Shown here: piece by piece, positions 1 to 9,886 of the stretch
How positions within the stretch are numbered: position 1 is the stretch's first letter
Layout of the letters: each line of letters starts with the position of its first letter
DNA from: Leptolyngbyaceae cyanobacterium
Lineage (GTDB): Bacteria; Cyanobacteriota; Cyanobacteriia; Phormidesmidales; Phormidesmidaceae
Direction of reading: 5' to 3'
Length of the DNA: 64,000 nucleotides
Assembly (NCBI GenBank): GCA_965263355.1
Contig: CBDHHL010000056.1
Location: forward strand, 1,632,001 to 1,696,000
Made by a program: the position numbers and the translations under genes
The notes under the pieces: generated by a model
Told to the model about the DNA's origin: nothing
What the model saw: only the letters and a program-made list of their open reading frames with translations
Databases searched by the model: none

Positions 1-2
1 AA

Positions 3-548
3 GAAACTGTTTTGGGGACAGCTGCAGCTGCGGCCATGACAGGATGCCCATGGGTACAGGCGGTAGATTTGGCTACCACCACGCTGACGATAGCCGATCA
101 GCGATGTTCCCCTAAAGCGCTTTACACTCCATTGTTGCCAGGGGTCTTAGAATTTTTAAGGCGGCTCAAGCAGGCCAAGCTCAAGGTGATTATGGTCTCA
201 GCTGATTCCCAACAGAACCTTGATCAGTTCGTCCAGCACTATCATTTGCATACTTATTTTGATCGGATTCAAGGAGTGAGCAGCCAGCATCCTACTAAAT
301 TAGAGCCCAGTTTTTTGGCCGCAGCTTGTCAATCCATTGGACTCTCGCCTAATCAGGGGGTAGTGATTGGAGATGCAGCCAGTGATTTATGCATGGCCGC
401 ATCAGCCCGTGGGTTTATTGGTTATCTGGGGGGATGGCAACCAGCGCTATCGGTCGTCGATATTCTTGGCATTGATGGCAGTGCTAGTACCCTGTCGCTA
501 GAGTACGGGTTTGCCACAGACTTTAGCCAAATCATATTGGCTCCGTAA
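3..548 (+). CDS. HAD-family hydrolase (5' end outside the window)
   Basis: Frame is open from base 3. C-terminal HAD motifs: LLPGVLEFL, MVSAD, a K-P-like PTKLEP, and VIGDAASD. Confidence 0.75.
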   Translation, partial: ETVLGTAAAAAMTGCPWVQAVDLATTTLTIADQRCSPKALYTPLLPGVLEFLRRLKQAKLKVIMVSADSQQNLDQFVQHYHLHTYFDRIQGVSSQHPTKLEPSFLAAACQSIGLSPNQGVVIGDAASDLCMAASARGFIGYLGGWQPALSVVDILGIDGSASTLSLEYGFATDFSQIILAP

Positions 549-571
549 TCCCCATGACTCTGAACAGGTCA

Positions 572-610
572 ATAAAAAAAATTAGGGACGATTGTTAATC
601 GCCCCCAAAT
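572..610 (-). terminator. Intrinsic terminator on the minus strand with no annotated gene upstream
   Basis: Minus strand reads GGGGCGATT-AAC-AATCGTCCC then TAATTTTTTTT. The G-U wobble pair works only on the minus strand. Confidence 0.6.
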
Positions 611-783
611 TCAACCTTGATTTGCACATCTGCGCATTTAGTTATTCCTATTGTGCTGGCTACCTCTAGAGAACTCAAGTGACGGCTTGTCAAAGTTTTG
701 TGGCTTATCACAGTTTGTCACTGGATGGGCTATGGATGGGCTGAGAACGATAGACTAACCTAAGTGTTGTTCGGAGTTAGCCA

Positions 784-1221
784 ATGTCGCCATTTCCGGC
801 CTATCGTCCTAAACGCCTATCCTTGGGACCGCTTGAAACTGAAATTTTAGATATTTTGTGGCAGTTGGGTACTACATCAGCTACGGCCATTCACAATCAC
901 ATCTTGGAAGATATTGATCGTGATTTGACCTATTCGTCAGTGGCGACAGTTTTACGTCGTCTTGAAACCAAGGGCTGGATTGCGAAACGACGGGTGGGTA
1001 GAGCCTACCATTGGGCACCTCTATTGTCGGCAGCCCATGCCAAAGTTTTGGCATCCCACGAGCGTTTACAGCAGTTTTTGGCAGCCAGTAACCCAGATAT
1101 TGTAGCGGCCTTCGCGGATACCCTCGATCAAGACAGCCTTGATCAGCTGGAGGCCATTACCCAACGCATTCAGGCAGCGCGACGTGCCCAAGCCAATCAA
1201 CCACAGGAGAAGCAGCCATGA
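784..1221 (+). CDS. petR: BlaI/CopY-family repressor PetR (copper-dependent plastocyanin/cytochrome c6 switch)
   Basis: YRPKRLSLGPLETEILDILW...LTYSSVATVLRRLETKGW winged helix and NPDIVAAFADTLD, typical of cyanobacterial PetR. Overlaps the protease gene at ATGA. Confidence 0.85.
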   Translation: MSPFPAYRPKRLSLGPLETEILDILWQLGTTSATAIHNHILEDIDRDLTYSSVATVLRRLETKGWIAKRRVGRAYHWAPLLSAAHAKVLASHERLQQFLAASNPDIVAAFADTLDQDSLDQLEAITQRIQAARRAQANQPQEKQP

Positions 1222-2069
1222 TGCATGTCAGTTTAATGGGTGGTGCGATCGCAACCGCTATCCTATTGCGCCTAGGCTTTACCCATCGCTGTCTCCACGA
1301 TGCCCATTGGTTAACCGTGTTATCACTGTTTTTAATTTCACCACTGCTTTTACTAACAACAGCAGTGGCCATTATCATCATGGGACCCTACGGCCATTTG
1401 GTCAGTCCCTTAGAAGGCTGGTTCAGTTATGGTATAGCCTGGCTGTTTCTACTGTTTAGCGTGGGTCTACTAGGTTATTTAGGCTGGCTGGCCCACATCA
1501 GCATTGCCAACATTCAACAGTATCCCCAGCGGCCTGTACACAACACCCTCAGCCGAGTCATGGATGAGGATACTGCGTTTAGTGCTCAAATTGGGTTCTG
1601 GTCATCAGAACTCATCATCAGTCAGGGACTAATTGACACATTAGACACAGACCATTTGGCTGCAGTCATTGCCCACGAACAGGCTCACCATCACTACCGC
1701 GATACCTTTTGGTTCTTTTGGCTAGGTTGGTTAAAGCGCCTGAGCTGGTGGTTACCTTACACCAACATGCTCTGGCAGGAACTACTCCTACTGAGAGAAA
1801 TTCGAGCCGATAACTGGGCAACTCAATCCGTTGACCGGCTCACATTGGCCGAATCTTTGGTACAAGTCATCGCAGCCCCCCTGTCACCCATAACAGTTGC
1901 GAACTTTAGCTGTACGGTTCCCACCAGTCGATTAAGTCGTCGGATTGATGCCCTCTTATCAGACCATGATTATGGATTTCAACCCCAGTGGTCTCTAATT
2001 ACCTATGGTTGTATCGCGGGCTTGGTAGTCGGTCTATTTCCCCTATGCTCGATTCCCTTTCACTATTAA
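1218..2069 (+). CDS. petP: M56/BlaR1-like membrane metalloprotease PetP
   Basis: Transmembrane segments, HEQAHH zinc motif and REIRAD. Translationally coupled to the BlaI-family gene. Confidence 0.85.
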   Translation: MMHVSLMGGAIATAILLRLGFTHRCLHDAHWLTVLSLFLISPLLLLTTAVAIIIMGPYGHLVSPLEGWFSYGIAWLFLLFSVGLLGYLGWLAHISIANIQQYPQRPVHNTLSRVMDEDTAFSAQIGFWSSELIISQGLIDTLDTDHLAAVIAHEQAHHHYRDTFWFFWLGWLKRLSWWLPYTNMLWQELLLLREIRADNWATQSVDRLTLAESLVQVIAAPLSPITVANFSCTVPTSRLSRRIDALLSDHDYGFQPQWSLITYGCIAGLVVGLFPLCSIPFHY

Positions 2070-2108
2070 CCATCATTGGGCATCCTCACTGGCCCATAGC
2101 CGGAGGGC

Positions 2109-4151
2109 CTAAAACGGGACGTCGGGTCCAGGCTCCGTTGAAGGTTTAGGTGATTCAGGCGCATCGTCATCGAGATTCACAATCTGACCACTAAAGAACT
2201 GGGCAAAACTCTTGACACTGCGATTAAGTTCGGTTTCTTCTTGCCAGTCAGCTGCTGCTGCTGCTGGCGATGGTGATGGTGGTGTATTAGGTAGATCCCT
2301 AGGTATGGTCTCCGGTAACTCTGATGATGGTGTAACCAACGGTGGTGGTTTAGGGGCGACTGGTGGAGAATATGGCGTGGTAGTAGGTTGTGATACAGGC
2401 GGTGCTGGCGGTGCTGGCGATGTAGGCGGCGGTGGGGCAGCTCCGGCTGATGGTGATCCTGAAGAGGCTTCTGAAACAGACGTTTGTCCTTTAGGGGCAA
2501 CCACCATAGTGATCCGAACCTGATGGCCGAAGACTTTTTCAAACGCCGTCTCGACATTACTCAAACGGTTTTGTGCCATCTGCATTAGCTTGTCATTGGT
2601 AATACCAACGCTAGCTTCAATACCATTACACGCCAAAAGTTGACCATGTTGACGCATCAAAACTGCAGTCCCCATAGGCATTTCACGGCTTCTAGCCATC
2701 TGCGTCATCTGGGCAACAATTTTACCCCAGATATCGCTGAGACTTCCCATGGCGGGGGCATTGTTGGGGACGGAGGTCGGGGTGTCTCCCTGGGGCTGCT
2801 CCACGTCCGGCTTAGGTGTAGCCAGTGACTCTTTAGCAGGGTCAAAAGATGACAGAGGCTTCACAGGAGCATCTTTAGGGCTTACTTCCTCGGAGGCTAC
2901 TTCCTGGGGGGCTACTGGCTGAGTGACTAAGACATTGGAGCCCACTGGCTGAGCAACTGCCGCTTTACTGGGCGGTGGGCTTTTTGCCTCTGGCACTATT
3001 GGCTTAGTGACCGTAGATGCCACAACTGATGCTGTAACCTCTGTTTGCCCAAGGGCTGTCGGCAACAGGCCCATGAGGGTAATTTCTAACCAAAGCCTGG
3101 GTTGAGTGGTGTTTTTGACTTGTATTTCCGCTGTCCGCAGATGTTGTTGACTAGAGAGCAGTAGAGGCAAGGGGAATGTCTGGGCAAACGTAACCATCTC
3201 TGCCCAAATGGCAGGGGTAATGGTCACTAAATCGCGCCGATTGCCAGCTGTTTTAGCAATTAATAAATCTCGGTAAAACGCTACTAGACTTTGCAAGACC
3301 ATCAGGGGTTCTCGTCCCCGATCCATCAGCTGCCGTGCCAAGATTAAGACCTGGGCTCCGTCATCGCTACCAATCGCCTGTACCAAAGCCAGCAGGTCGC
3401 GCTCAGAAACTGCACCTACTAGATCCCACACAGCTTCGATGGTGATCTTTCCTGCTAAAAGCCCCAGCTGGTCAAGCAGGCTTTCCGCATCCCGTAAGCC
3501 ACCCTGGGAAAGCTGGGCTACCAGCTGCAGAGCATCCGGGGCAATATTAATAGATTCTTGCTGAGCAATGAAGCCTAAATGCTGCACCATCGCATCCAGG
3601 GGAATACGGCGAAAGTCAAACCGCTGACAGCGGGAAATGATGGTGGGTAATACTCGCTGGGGATCGGTAGTTGCCAGCACAAAAACAACATGGGGCGGTG
3701 GCTCTTCTAGGGTTTTGAGCAAAGCATTAAATGCCGCTGTGCTCAGCATATGGACTTCATCGAGGACATAAAGCTTATAACGGCACTGAACAGGCGCAAA
3801 TTGCGCCCGTTCAATCAGCTCTCGGATATTGTCTACACCGGTATTACTAGCGGCATCAATTTCGACGATATCAAGGGCAGCACCAACGGTGATTTCATGA
3901 CAGACCTGACAGGTGCCACAGGGCTCAGCCGTGGGTAACTCACTGCTTAAACAGTTGATCGACTTAGCTAAAATACGAGCGCTCGATGTTTTGCCAGTCC
4001 CCCTGGGGCCACAGAAAAGATAGGCTGGGGCAATGCGATTTTGCTGGAGGGCATTAGAGAGGGTGGTTGCGATCGCATCCTGCCCCACCAGTTGGGCAAA
4101 TGTTTGGGGACGATATTTGTGATGGAGCGGTTCGTAGGCCATAGTTACCAT
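2109..4151 (-). CDS. dnaX: DNA polymerase III subunit gamma/tau
   Basis: HHKYRPQTF, GPRGTGKTS Walker A, EIDAASNTGVD, SRC motif, Pro-rich C-terminus. Confidence 0.97.
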   Translation of the reverse strand: MVTMAYEPLHHKYRPQTFAQLVGQDAIATTLSNALQQNRIAPAYLFCGPRGTGKTSSARILAKSINCLSSELPTAEPCGTCQVCHEITVGAALDIVEIDAASNTGVDNIRELIERAQFAPVQCRYKLYVLDEVHMLSTAAFNALLKTLEEPPPHVVFVLATTDPQRVLPTIISRCQRFDFRRIPLDAMVQHLGFIAQQESINIAPDALQLVAQLSQGGLRDAESLLDQLGLLAGKITIEAVWDLVGAVSERDLLALVQAIGSDDGAQVLILARQLMDRGREPLMVLQSLVAFYRDLLIAKTAGNRRDLVTITPAIWAEMVTFAQTFPLPLLLSSQQHLRTAEIQVKNTTQPRLWLEITLMGLLPTALGQTEVTASVVASTVTKPIVPEAKSPPPSKAAVAQPVGSNVLVTQPVAPQEVASEEVSPKDAPVKPLSSFDPAKESLATPKPDVEQPQGDTPTSVPNNAPAMGSLSDIWGKIVAQMTQMARSREMPMGTAVLMRQHGQLLACNGIEASVGITNDKLMQMAQNRLSNVETAFEKVFGHQVRITMVVAPKGQTSVSEASSGSPSAGAAPPPPTSPAPPAPPVSQPTTTPYSPPVAPKPPPLVTPSSELPETIPRDLPNTPPSPSPAAAAADWQEETELNRSVKSFAQFFSGQIVNLDDDAPESPKPSTEPGPDVPF

Positions 4152-4271
4152 GCCCTACATCAATAACAGGTACAAAAGACAGGCAAAATAATGGCTAAGT
4201 AAAATAAACATGCCGAACAAACAATGGGCATGTCAATTATATAGAAGCCTATATAAAAGCTGCAGTTCTAT

Positions 4272-4775
4272 TTAGCTGAGTACCATAATATCTTTAGCAG
4301 TCTGCACCCCTTGCCATCGAGTTATCCATCTAGGCCAACGGCTAAAACGCTTACAAAGCCGAACTTCATTGCCCTTCGCTGACCAATGCACCTGATCAAA
4401 AATTTGATGTAGGATAAACAACCCGCGACCACAGTCCCCCATGCTCTCACTGTCATCTCCATCAGGGCAGACACGACAGCCATTGGGGAGATCAAAACCG
4501 TTTCCTTGATCCGTAATGATCCACCAGTAACAGCCTTGAAACTCAGCATACTGAACGGAAACCTGTTTACTGGGATCTAAGCTATTACCATGCTTAGCAG
4601 CATTGACCAGCGCTTCTTGCAGACCTAAGCGCAGCTCGTCACGCATCTGTGACGGTGCATGCTCCAGCAAAGTATCGATAATTGGATACAGATATAGAGT
4701 AGAAGCAAAACTCAATTTGTCCCACTTTACTCCATTGAACAATGTCATCACACCAACCATGCAATCAATCTCCAA
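4272..4775 (-). CDS. pmgA: PmgA, RsbW-like anti-sigma factor/ATP-binding protein
   Basis: SFASTLYLYPI...LRLGLQEALVNAAKHGN...DQGNGF...GRGLFIL (HATPase_c). Start codon uncertain. Confidence 0.85.
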   Translation of the reverse strand: MEIDCMVGVMTLFNGVKWDKLSFASTLYLYPIIDTLLEHAPSQMRDELRLGLQEALVNAAKHGNSLDPSKQVSVQYAEFQGCYWWIITDQGNGFDLPNGCRVCPDGDDSESMGDCGRGLFILHQIFDQVHWSAKGNEVRLCKRFSRWPRWITRWQGVQTAKDIMVLS

Positions 4776-5460
4776 CGTTGAGCCGATCGCTCATTAATGG
4801 CAGACTCATTCGTCAACACAAACCGTAGCCTTAAAAAACAAGTTGAGTGAGCTATAGAGATTAAAAATTGTTTTTGAAACAGGTGTATAAAATACGTACT
4901 GCAGGGAATTAATAAACTTTTTCACCCTAGTCTAATATATCAGATCTGCAATAAGGCAACCTGAAAAACAGGAAAAACTATCAAACCAATGGCTAAGTTT
5001 GCGTTTTCTTTAAGTCAAATAAAAATATTTTTTCCGTTATTTTCACTTTAAATTCAGCCTCTAGAACCTAATTCGCTGACCCATATCAACTCTTTAGGGA
5101 AGATGGATTTAGGTACCCTTAGTCAATTTAGAAACTCCATAAATAAAAAGCTTAATGTATGGAACAAAGACATTAGTATGCGTCCTATCCATAGGTTACT
5201 TTTAGGAACGATCAGAAACCACCCACCTCCAAACTCACTACTGTCTATATGGAGCATTTAGTTAATCTCTGGGTAAGGGCAATTTAACTAAACCTAAACT
5301 CAAGTATATTGTCACCATAGATTGGTAATTCAATACTCAGCAATTTCAACTAGACATTTGTACGCAATATTTAACACACTTATTTGATTGTCCGAATAAA
5401 TACTATTGCTATGTGGCTATTCATACTGGGCTGTTTGCTACCCATGAACAGGGCCATTGA

Positions 5461-6132
5461 CTATGACAAATATCGTTTTGCCGTATCAGCAACGATCTCT
5501 GAATTATCTTGGGTTAATGTCATCAGCGTAGGCAGAACGTCCTCGGCATTAGGCGTATCAAGGTAATAGCTGAGGGCTTGAGCAAGACGATGACGGACTT
5601 GCCAATCATCGTTATCTGCAAATGGTAATAGCAATGGAATCCCCCGAGTATCTTTTAATTCACCAAGGGCACCAATGGCGGCTAACACCACTAAGCTATT
5701 GTCAGATGTGAGCGCTTGCTGCAATAACTCAAACCCACGACTGGCACCCAACTCCCCCAAACAAGCAACAATACTCATTTGCACAATCCATTCAGACGTA
5801 TTGTTATAGGCAGTGGCTAAATCATCGTAGGCTTCTGTCAAATGCAATGCACCAATAGCATCAGCGGCAGCAGCTTGGACATCCGCTTCAGGATCGTGGT
5901 ACAGCGCTCCCCGCAGGACTGTAAGCGCAGTTTCCCGATCTTGGTTGCCCAGGGAAGAAAATTGGCTGATGGCAGCGTAGCGCACCCGTGCACTACTGTC
6001 GTTGATAACGGCTTGAATAAGTTGAAAAGCGACTGCTGGATCAATGTCCCGCAGTAGGTTGAGCGCCCGTAAACGCTGGCCTAGATTCTCAGATGCGAGC
6101 TGTTGTTTTATTTGATCTGGTGAGATGCCCAT
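5461..6132 (-). CDS. nblB: Phycobilisome degradation HEAT-repeat protein NblB
   Basis: PBS-lyase HEAT repeats (RVRYAAISQ, DPEADVQAAAADAIGAL, DWQVRHRLAQAL). Lies downstream of a CBS gene, as is usual for nblB. Confidence 0.8.
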   Translation of the reverse strand: MGISPDQIKQQLASENLGQRLRALNLLRDIDPAVAFQLIQAVINDSSARVRYAAISQFSSLGNQDRETALTVLRGALYHDPEADVQAAAADAIGALHLTEAYDDLATAYNNTSEWIVQMSIVACLGELGASRGFELLQQALTSDNSLVVLAAIGALGELKDTRGIPLLLPFADNDDWQVRHRLAQALSYYLDTPNAEDVLPTLMTLTQDNSEIVADTAKRYLS

Positions 6133-6167
6133 AGTGTAAGAATTTTATGGCAACAAAAACATGACGC

Positions 6168-6662
6168 TTAGGTGTACTGCTGAGCGAGTTCACGTACGAT
6201 ATCGCCACGGGTGAGGATGCCAACCACCTGCCTATTATCATTGACAACCAATAATCGACGAATTTGTTTGTCATGCATTAGTTGAGCAGCCCGTTGTAAA
6301 TCATCATCAACCGTTACGAGGGTGATCTTACGGGACATCACATCAGCCACTGTCTGACCTAATGCTTTATGGAGTTCCTGACTGTAACGGGCTGGATTGG
6401 TCAAGTACACTACGCTATCAAGCAACATCACATAGGCTGGTAACGAAGCTCCGCTCACCTGCCACATTAAATCAGTTTCAGAAATCTCTCCGACAGCTTC
6501 TCCACTGTCGTCAACTACGGGCAAACCACTAATTCGATGAGTTGCTAGCAATTGAATTGCCTCCTTGAGTGGCATATCTGGAGTTGCCGTCAAGGGGGGC
6601 GCTGTCATCATCTCTCCAATGGTTTTAGTTGCCGTTGTCGTTAAGACTGTTTCGCTGTCCAT
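6168..6662 (-). CDS. CBS domain pair protein
   Basis: Two CBS domains (ISGLPVVD...GEISETD; IRRLLVV...GILTRGD). Confidence 0.9.
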   Translation of the reverse strand: MDSETVLTTTATKTIGEMMTAPPLTATPDMPLKEAIQLLATHRISGLPVVDDSGEAVGEISETDLMWQVSGASLPAYVMLLDSVVYLTNPARYSQELHKALGQTVADVMSRKITLVTVDDDLQRAAQLMHDKQIRRLLVVNDNRQVVGILTRGDIVRELAQQYT

Positions 6663-7119
6663 AGGCGTATATCTAAAGATTACTTATTTACTAATATATT
6701 CATTGTAGAAACGGTTTCCAGGTAAGACTCAGCTAGTTCAAAGGTCGTTACATAGAGATATATATTCGCAACAAAATAATCTATTAACACTTTAATAAGA
6801 GTAATTGATAACAATTTGCGGTATGTATTGTCGTGCATTACCGTGAAAATCGCCCTTAGGGCATTGTTTGCACAAGCAAAACAAAATTGTTCCTTAAAAA
6901 TTGTCAATGCTAACCGTAATCTGCCCTAGAGCCATAGGGGCATCTCGATTAATTGCTTATCTCGCTGTATAAAAGGCTGAAACATTTGGAACCCCGTTCA
7001 CATTTTTAACAGAATCCAAATAAATCGAAGTACCCATAGCCTGCTAATTGGCTTTGATAATTGACGTTATTTATGTTTAACCACACCATTAAATCTGTTG
7101 CTAAGTCCATGGCATTGCC

Positions 7120-7755
7120 ATGGTAGAAGTTACTCAAGCCGTTTCTCAGTCCTCGCTTTCCCAGAAAACCTCGACCTCTTTACCGCCACCCTTTAGTATG
7201 GGGGCACTGTGGAACATCAGCTTTGGCTTCTTTGGTATTCAGTTTGGCTGGGGATTACAGATGGCGAATGGTAGTGCCATTTTTGAATCCTTAGGGGCCA
7301 GCCCGCATCAGCTACCGTTGCTGTGGCTGGCAGCGCCCATGAGTGGGCTATTAGTACAGCCAGTGATTGGTTACTGGAGCGATCGCACCTGCACTCCCCT
7401 AGGACGACGGCGACCGTACTTTTTAATCGGTGCGCTACTCAGTTCAGTAGCACTGGTACTATTGCCCCATGCCCCTAGCCTATGGATCGCAGCAGGCCTA
7501 CTATGGCTGCTGGATGCGTCAGCCAATGTCAGCATGACGCCATTTCGGTCCATCGTGCTACCCGAGATTGTTGCATCCTTAGGGTTGGGCTGGTTGATGA
7601 CCCGTGTGGGGTGCGATCGGCTTAGCATCGTTGTCTTAGGGGGATTTTCCATGGCGATTGCAGCTATCTTGGCCCAAGGCATCCCCAATTCCGGACAAAG
7701 GCTTATAGAAAAGGGTGAACGATGCCCACCCTCTGTTTCTGTTTACAATGAATAA
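7120..7755 (+). pseudogene. MFS sucrose/maltose:H+ symporter (SLC45/SUT/MalT-like) with a large in-frame internal deletion
   Basis: N-terminal family motifs GFFGIQFGWGLQ and GYWSDRT...GRRRPYF run to SMTPFRS, which is joined directly to the C-terminal IVLPEIVASLGLG. Only 211 aa. Confidence 0.7.
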
Positions 7756-7771
7756 CCTTTCTTTGTTGTTT

Positions 7772-8824
7772 TTAACATTTTAAGAAAGCGACTAACTGCT
7801 CTAGCTTGTCCCAGGCGGCACCGCTAGCAAGAATCTCTTTCGCTTTGGTAACACCCTGAGCACAGGCGGCTTCAAAAGTATCACCAGCAACGACACCTCC
7901 CACTTGTAAGGCTAAAGCAGCATTTAAAGCAACGGCTTCTTGCTGTGCCTGGGTACCTTTACCCTGCAGCACATTGCGCAGAATAGTCATATTTTCCTCC
8001 AGCTCACCACCGCGCAGAGTAGACACATCTGCTTTGGTCAAACCCATGCTGAGTGGGTCAATCACCTTAGGCACAACGCTGCCATTGGCCAGCACCGCCA
8101 AATCCGTTGCATCACCCAAACCAGCTTCATCCAGGCCTTCGCGTCCGTGCAAGACAATCGCCTGCTGCATACCTAGCTGATTGAGGGCTTCAGCCATGGT
8201 AGAAATGACCAGTGGGTCAAACACACCAATGATCTGCCCAGTGGGACGCAGAGGGTTTACCAAGGGCCCCAGCAGGTTAAAGACCGTCCGAATTTTGAGT
8301 GTGCCACGAATGGGGGCAACCGCCTTCATAGCTGGATGCCAGCCACGGGCAAATAGGAATGTGACTCCAACTTCGTTAACGGCAGCCTTTGCCTTTGCAG
8401 GTGGTGCACTGAGATCTACCCCCAGACCTTCTAGTACATCAGCAGAACCGACTTTACTAGAGGCTGAGCGATTACCATGTTTTACCACTGGAATGCCTGC
8501 TGCTGCCGCCACAAATGTCACGGCTGTAGAGATATTAAAGGTAGATGCGCCATCACCCCCAGTACCGCAGGTATCGATTCGGGGGGTGGGTAAGGACTCA
8601 TCGGCCTGCAGACCACCCAGGGACTGGCCTTGTAAAACTCGGGCCATACCAGCCAGTTCATCGGCAGAGAAACCTTTTGACTGTAGGGCTGCCAGAATAG
8701 CCCCAGACATAATTGGATCAATCGATTCAGTCAACCAGCCCTGCATAAGCGCTTCAGCTTGACTGACCGAGAGGGATTGCTTATCAATGAGCTGCTGTAG
8801 CAGGCTGGACCAGTTAGTTATCAT
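7772..8824 (-). CDS. trpD: Anthranilate phosphoribosyltransferase
   Basis: [48 protein letters not shown]. Confidence 0.97.
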   Translation of the reverse strand: MITNWSSLLQQLIDKQSLSVSQAEALMQGWLTESIDPIMSGAILAALQSKGFSADELAGMARVLQGQSLGGLQADESLPTPRIDTCGTGGDGASTFNISTAVTFVAAAAGIPVVKHGNRSASSKVGSADVLEGLGVDLSAPPAKAKAAVNEVGVTFLFARGWHPAMKAVAPIRGTLKIRTVFNLLGPLVNPLRPTGQIIGVFDPLVISTMAEALNQLGMQQAIVLHGREGLDEAGLGDATDLAVLANGSVVPKVIDPLSMGLTKADVSTLRGGELEENMTILRNVLQGKGTQAQQEAVALNAALALQVGGVVAGDTFEAACAQGVTKAKEILASGAAWDKLEQLVAFLKC

Positions 8825-9216
8825 TGCGGTAGGGCTTTTAGGACTTCAGTCAATAACGCTACTACAGAAGGGGGGAGAGGCAACCCGTTTCTTAATAGGA
8901 GTATTGACTACCAATGAATTCATTAACTTGTAAATGACCAACGCAATACCAGCGTAAATAAGTTGTTCCCAAGTGTGTCTTTTTTTCACTAATCGAACAA
9001 CTATCCCTAGTAGAGATATGCAAAAAATAAAAAAACACAAAAGCCTTAACCCTACCACCACAAGAGTTTACGGCTTATACGCTAGGGGACGGGAGCTTCA
9101 CTGACCCATGATTCAAAACATTCATGTACAATGAAATCTAAAGAAAAAATTAAATAAAACCATTTTTAATACTTTAATGAGAGAGAAAATATCCCTGAAA
9201 TAGCAGAGTAAGCAAT

Positions 9217-9423
9217 ATGGATGCCTCAATGCTACGGTTACTTTGGTCTGTTGTCCTTGAAAATTCATCAGAAAATATTTCTAGTCTCCCTGAAGCTCTT
9301 TTTGTTAGACATCTACTTGAGCAAATGCAAGCTAGAATATATTTAAGTATGGACGAACAAGATGCTATGCAATCCTACTTACAAGCAAAACGCAGATTGA
9401 TTCTTGAGATGATTCAAGGATAG
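9217..9423 (+). CDS. Small hypothetical protein (68 aa), probably conserved in cyanobacteria
   Basis: ATG start, amphipathic helical pattern, MLRLLWSVV N-terminus recalled from other cyanobacterial hypotheticals. Confidence 0.6.
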   Translation: MDASMLRLLWSVVLENSSENISSLPEALFVRHLLEQMQARIYLSMDEQDAMQSYLQAKRRLILEMIQG

Positions 9424-9589
9424 CTGCAGAAATCTTGGTTTCATGCTCTAGGCTGGCTAATCGACTGAACAAGAAAACAAAACAGAGGTAATGTCAACCC
9501 CTTACTGTTGCGCTGCAAAGTCGTACTCCAGTTCATGGAATGACATAGCAATAAACGGCAAAAATTTGCAGCCAACTCGCCAGTTCTCG

Positions 9590-9670
9590 AAACAAGTATG
9601 CTCCCTCCTATTCAAGGCAACAGTATCACTGACCTGACTCCAAGACGGAAGGGAGCAAGAACTATGACAA
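9590..9670 (-). ncRNA. Candidate structured RNA element
   Basis: Minus strand UGCUCCCUUC...GGAGGGAGCA outer stem enclosing CAGG/CCUUG and a CAGU-GAU-ACUG hairpin, in an ORF-free gap. Confidence 0.4.
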
Positions 9671-9886
9671 AAAAGAGAATGTCAAATAGGCTACCTATTT
9701 GAAGAAACCTATTCATATCAATATTTTTACACTAATTTGGAACTAGATGAGGTGTATCTTCGATACACTTTAAAGGTACCTTGAGAGATATTTCCAGAGC
9801 CAAATTAGTGGAACGAATTGTAAAATTTATTCTTCTTATCCTGGCGGTAGCAGCCGTTTACAAATCAGTTCGGTTTGCAAAACAAC

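Noticed and set aside
2109..4151. Intein or frameshift signal in dnaX
   Set aside because: The ORF is continuous with no intein motifs. The extra length is a low-complexity Pro-rich linker.
8181..8762. Long antisense ORFs (also 23022-23561, 23634-24035, 13828-14118, 2212-2523, 59130-59435)
   Set aside because: They are shadows of well-supported genes on the opposite strand, with no recognisable motifs.
8846..9061. 71-aa ORF upstream of trpD as a Trp attenuator leader
   Set aside because: Only one Trp, too long, no terminator/antiterminator seen. Could be a spurious ORF in AT-rich DNA.
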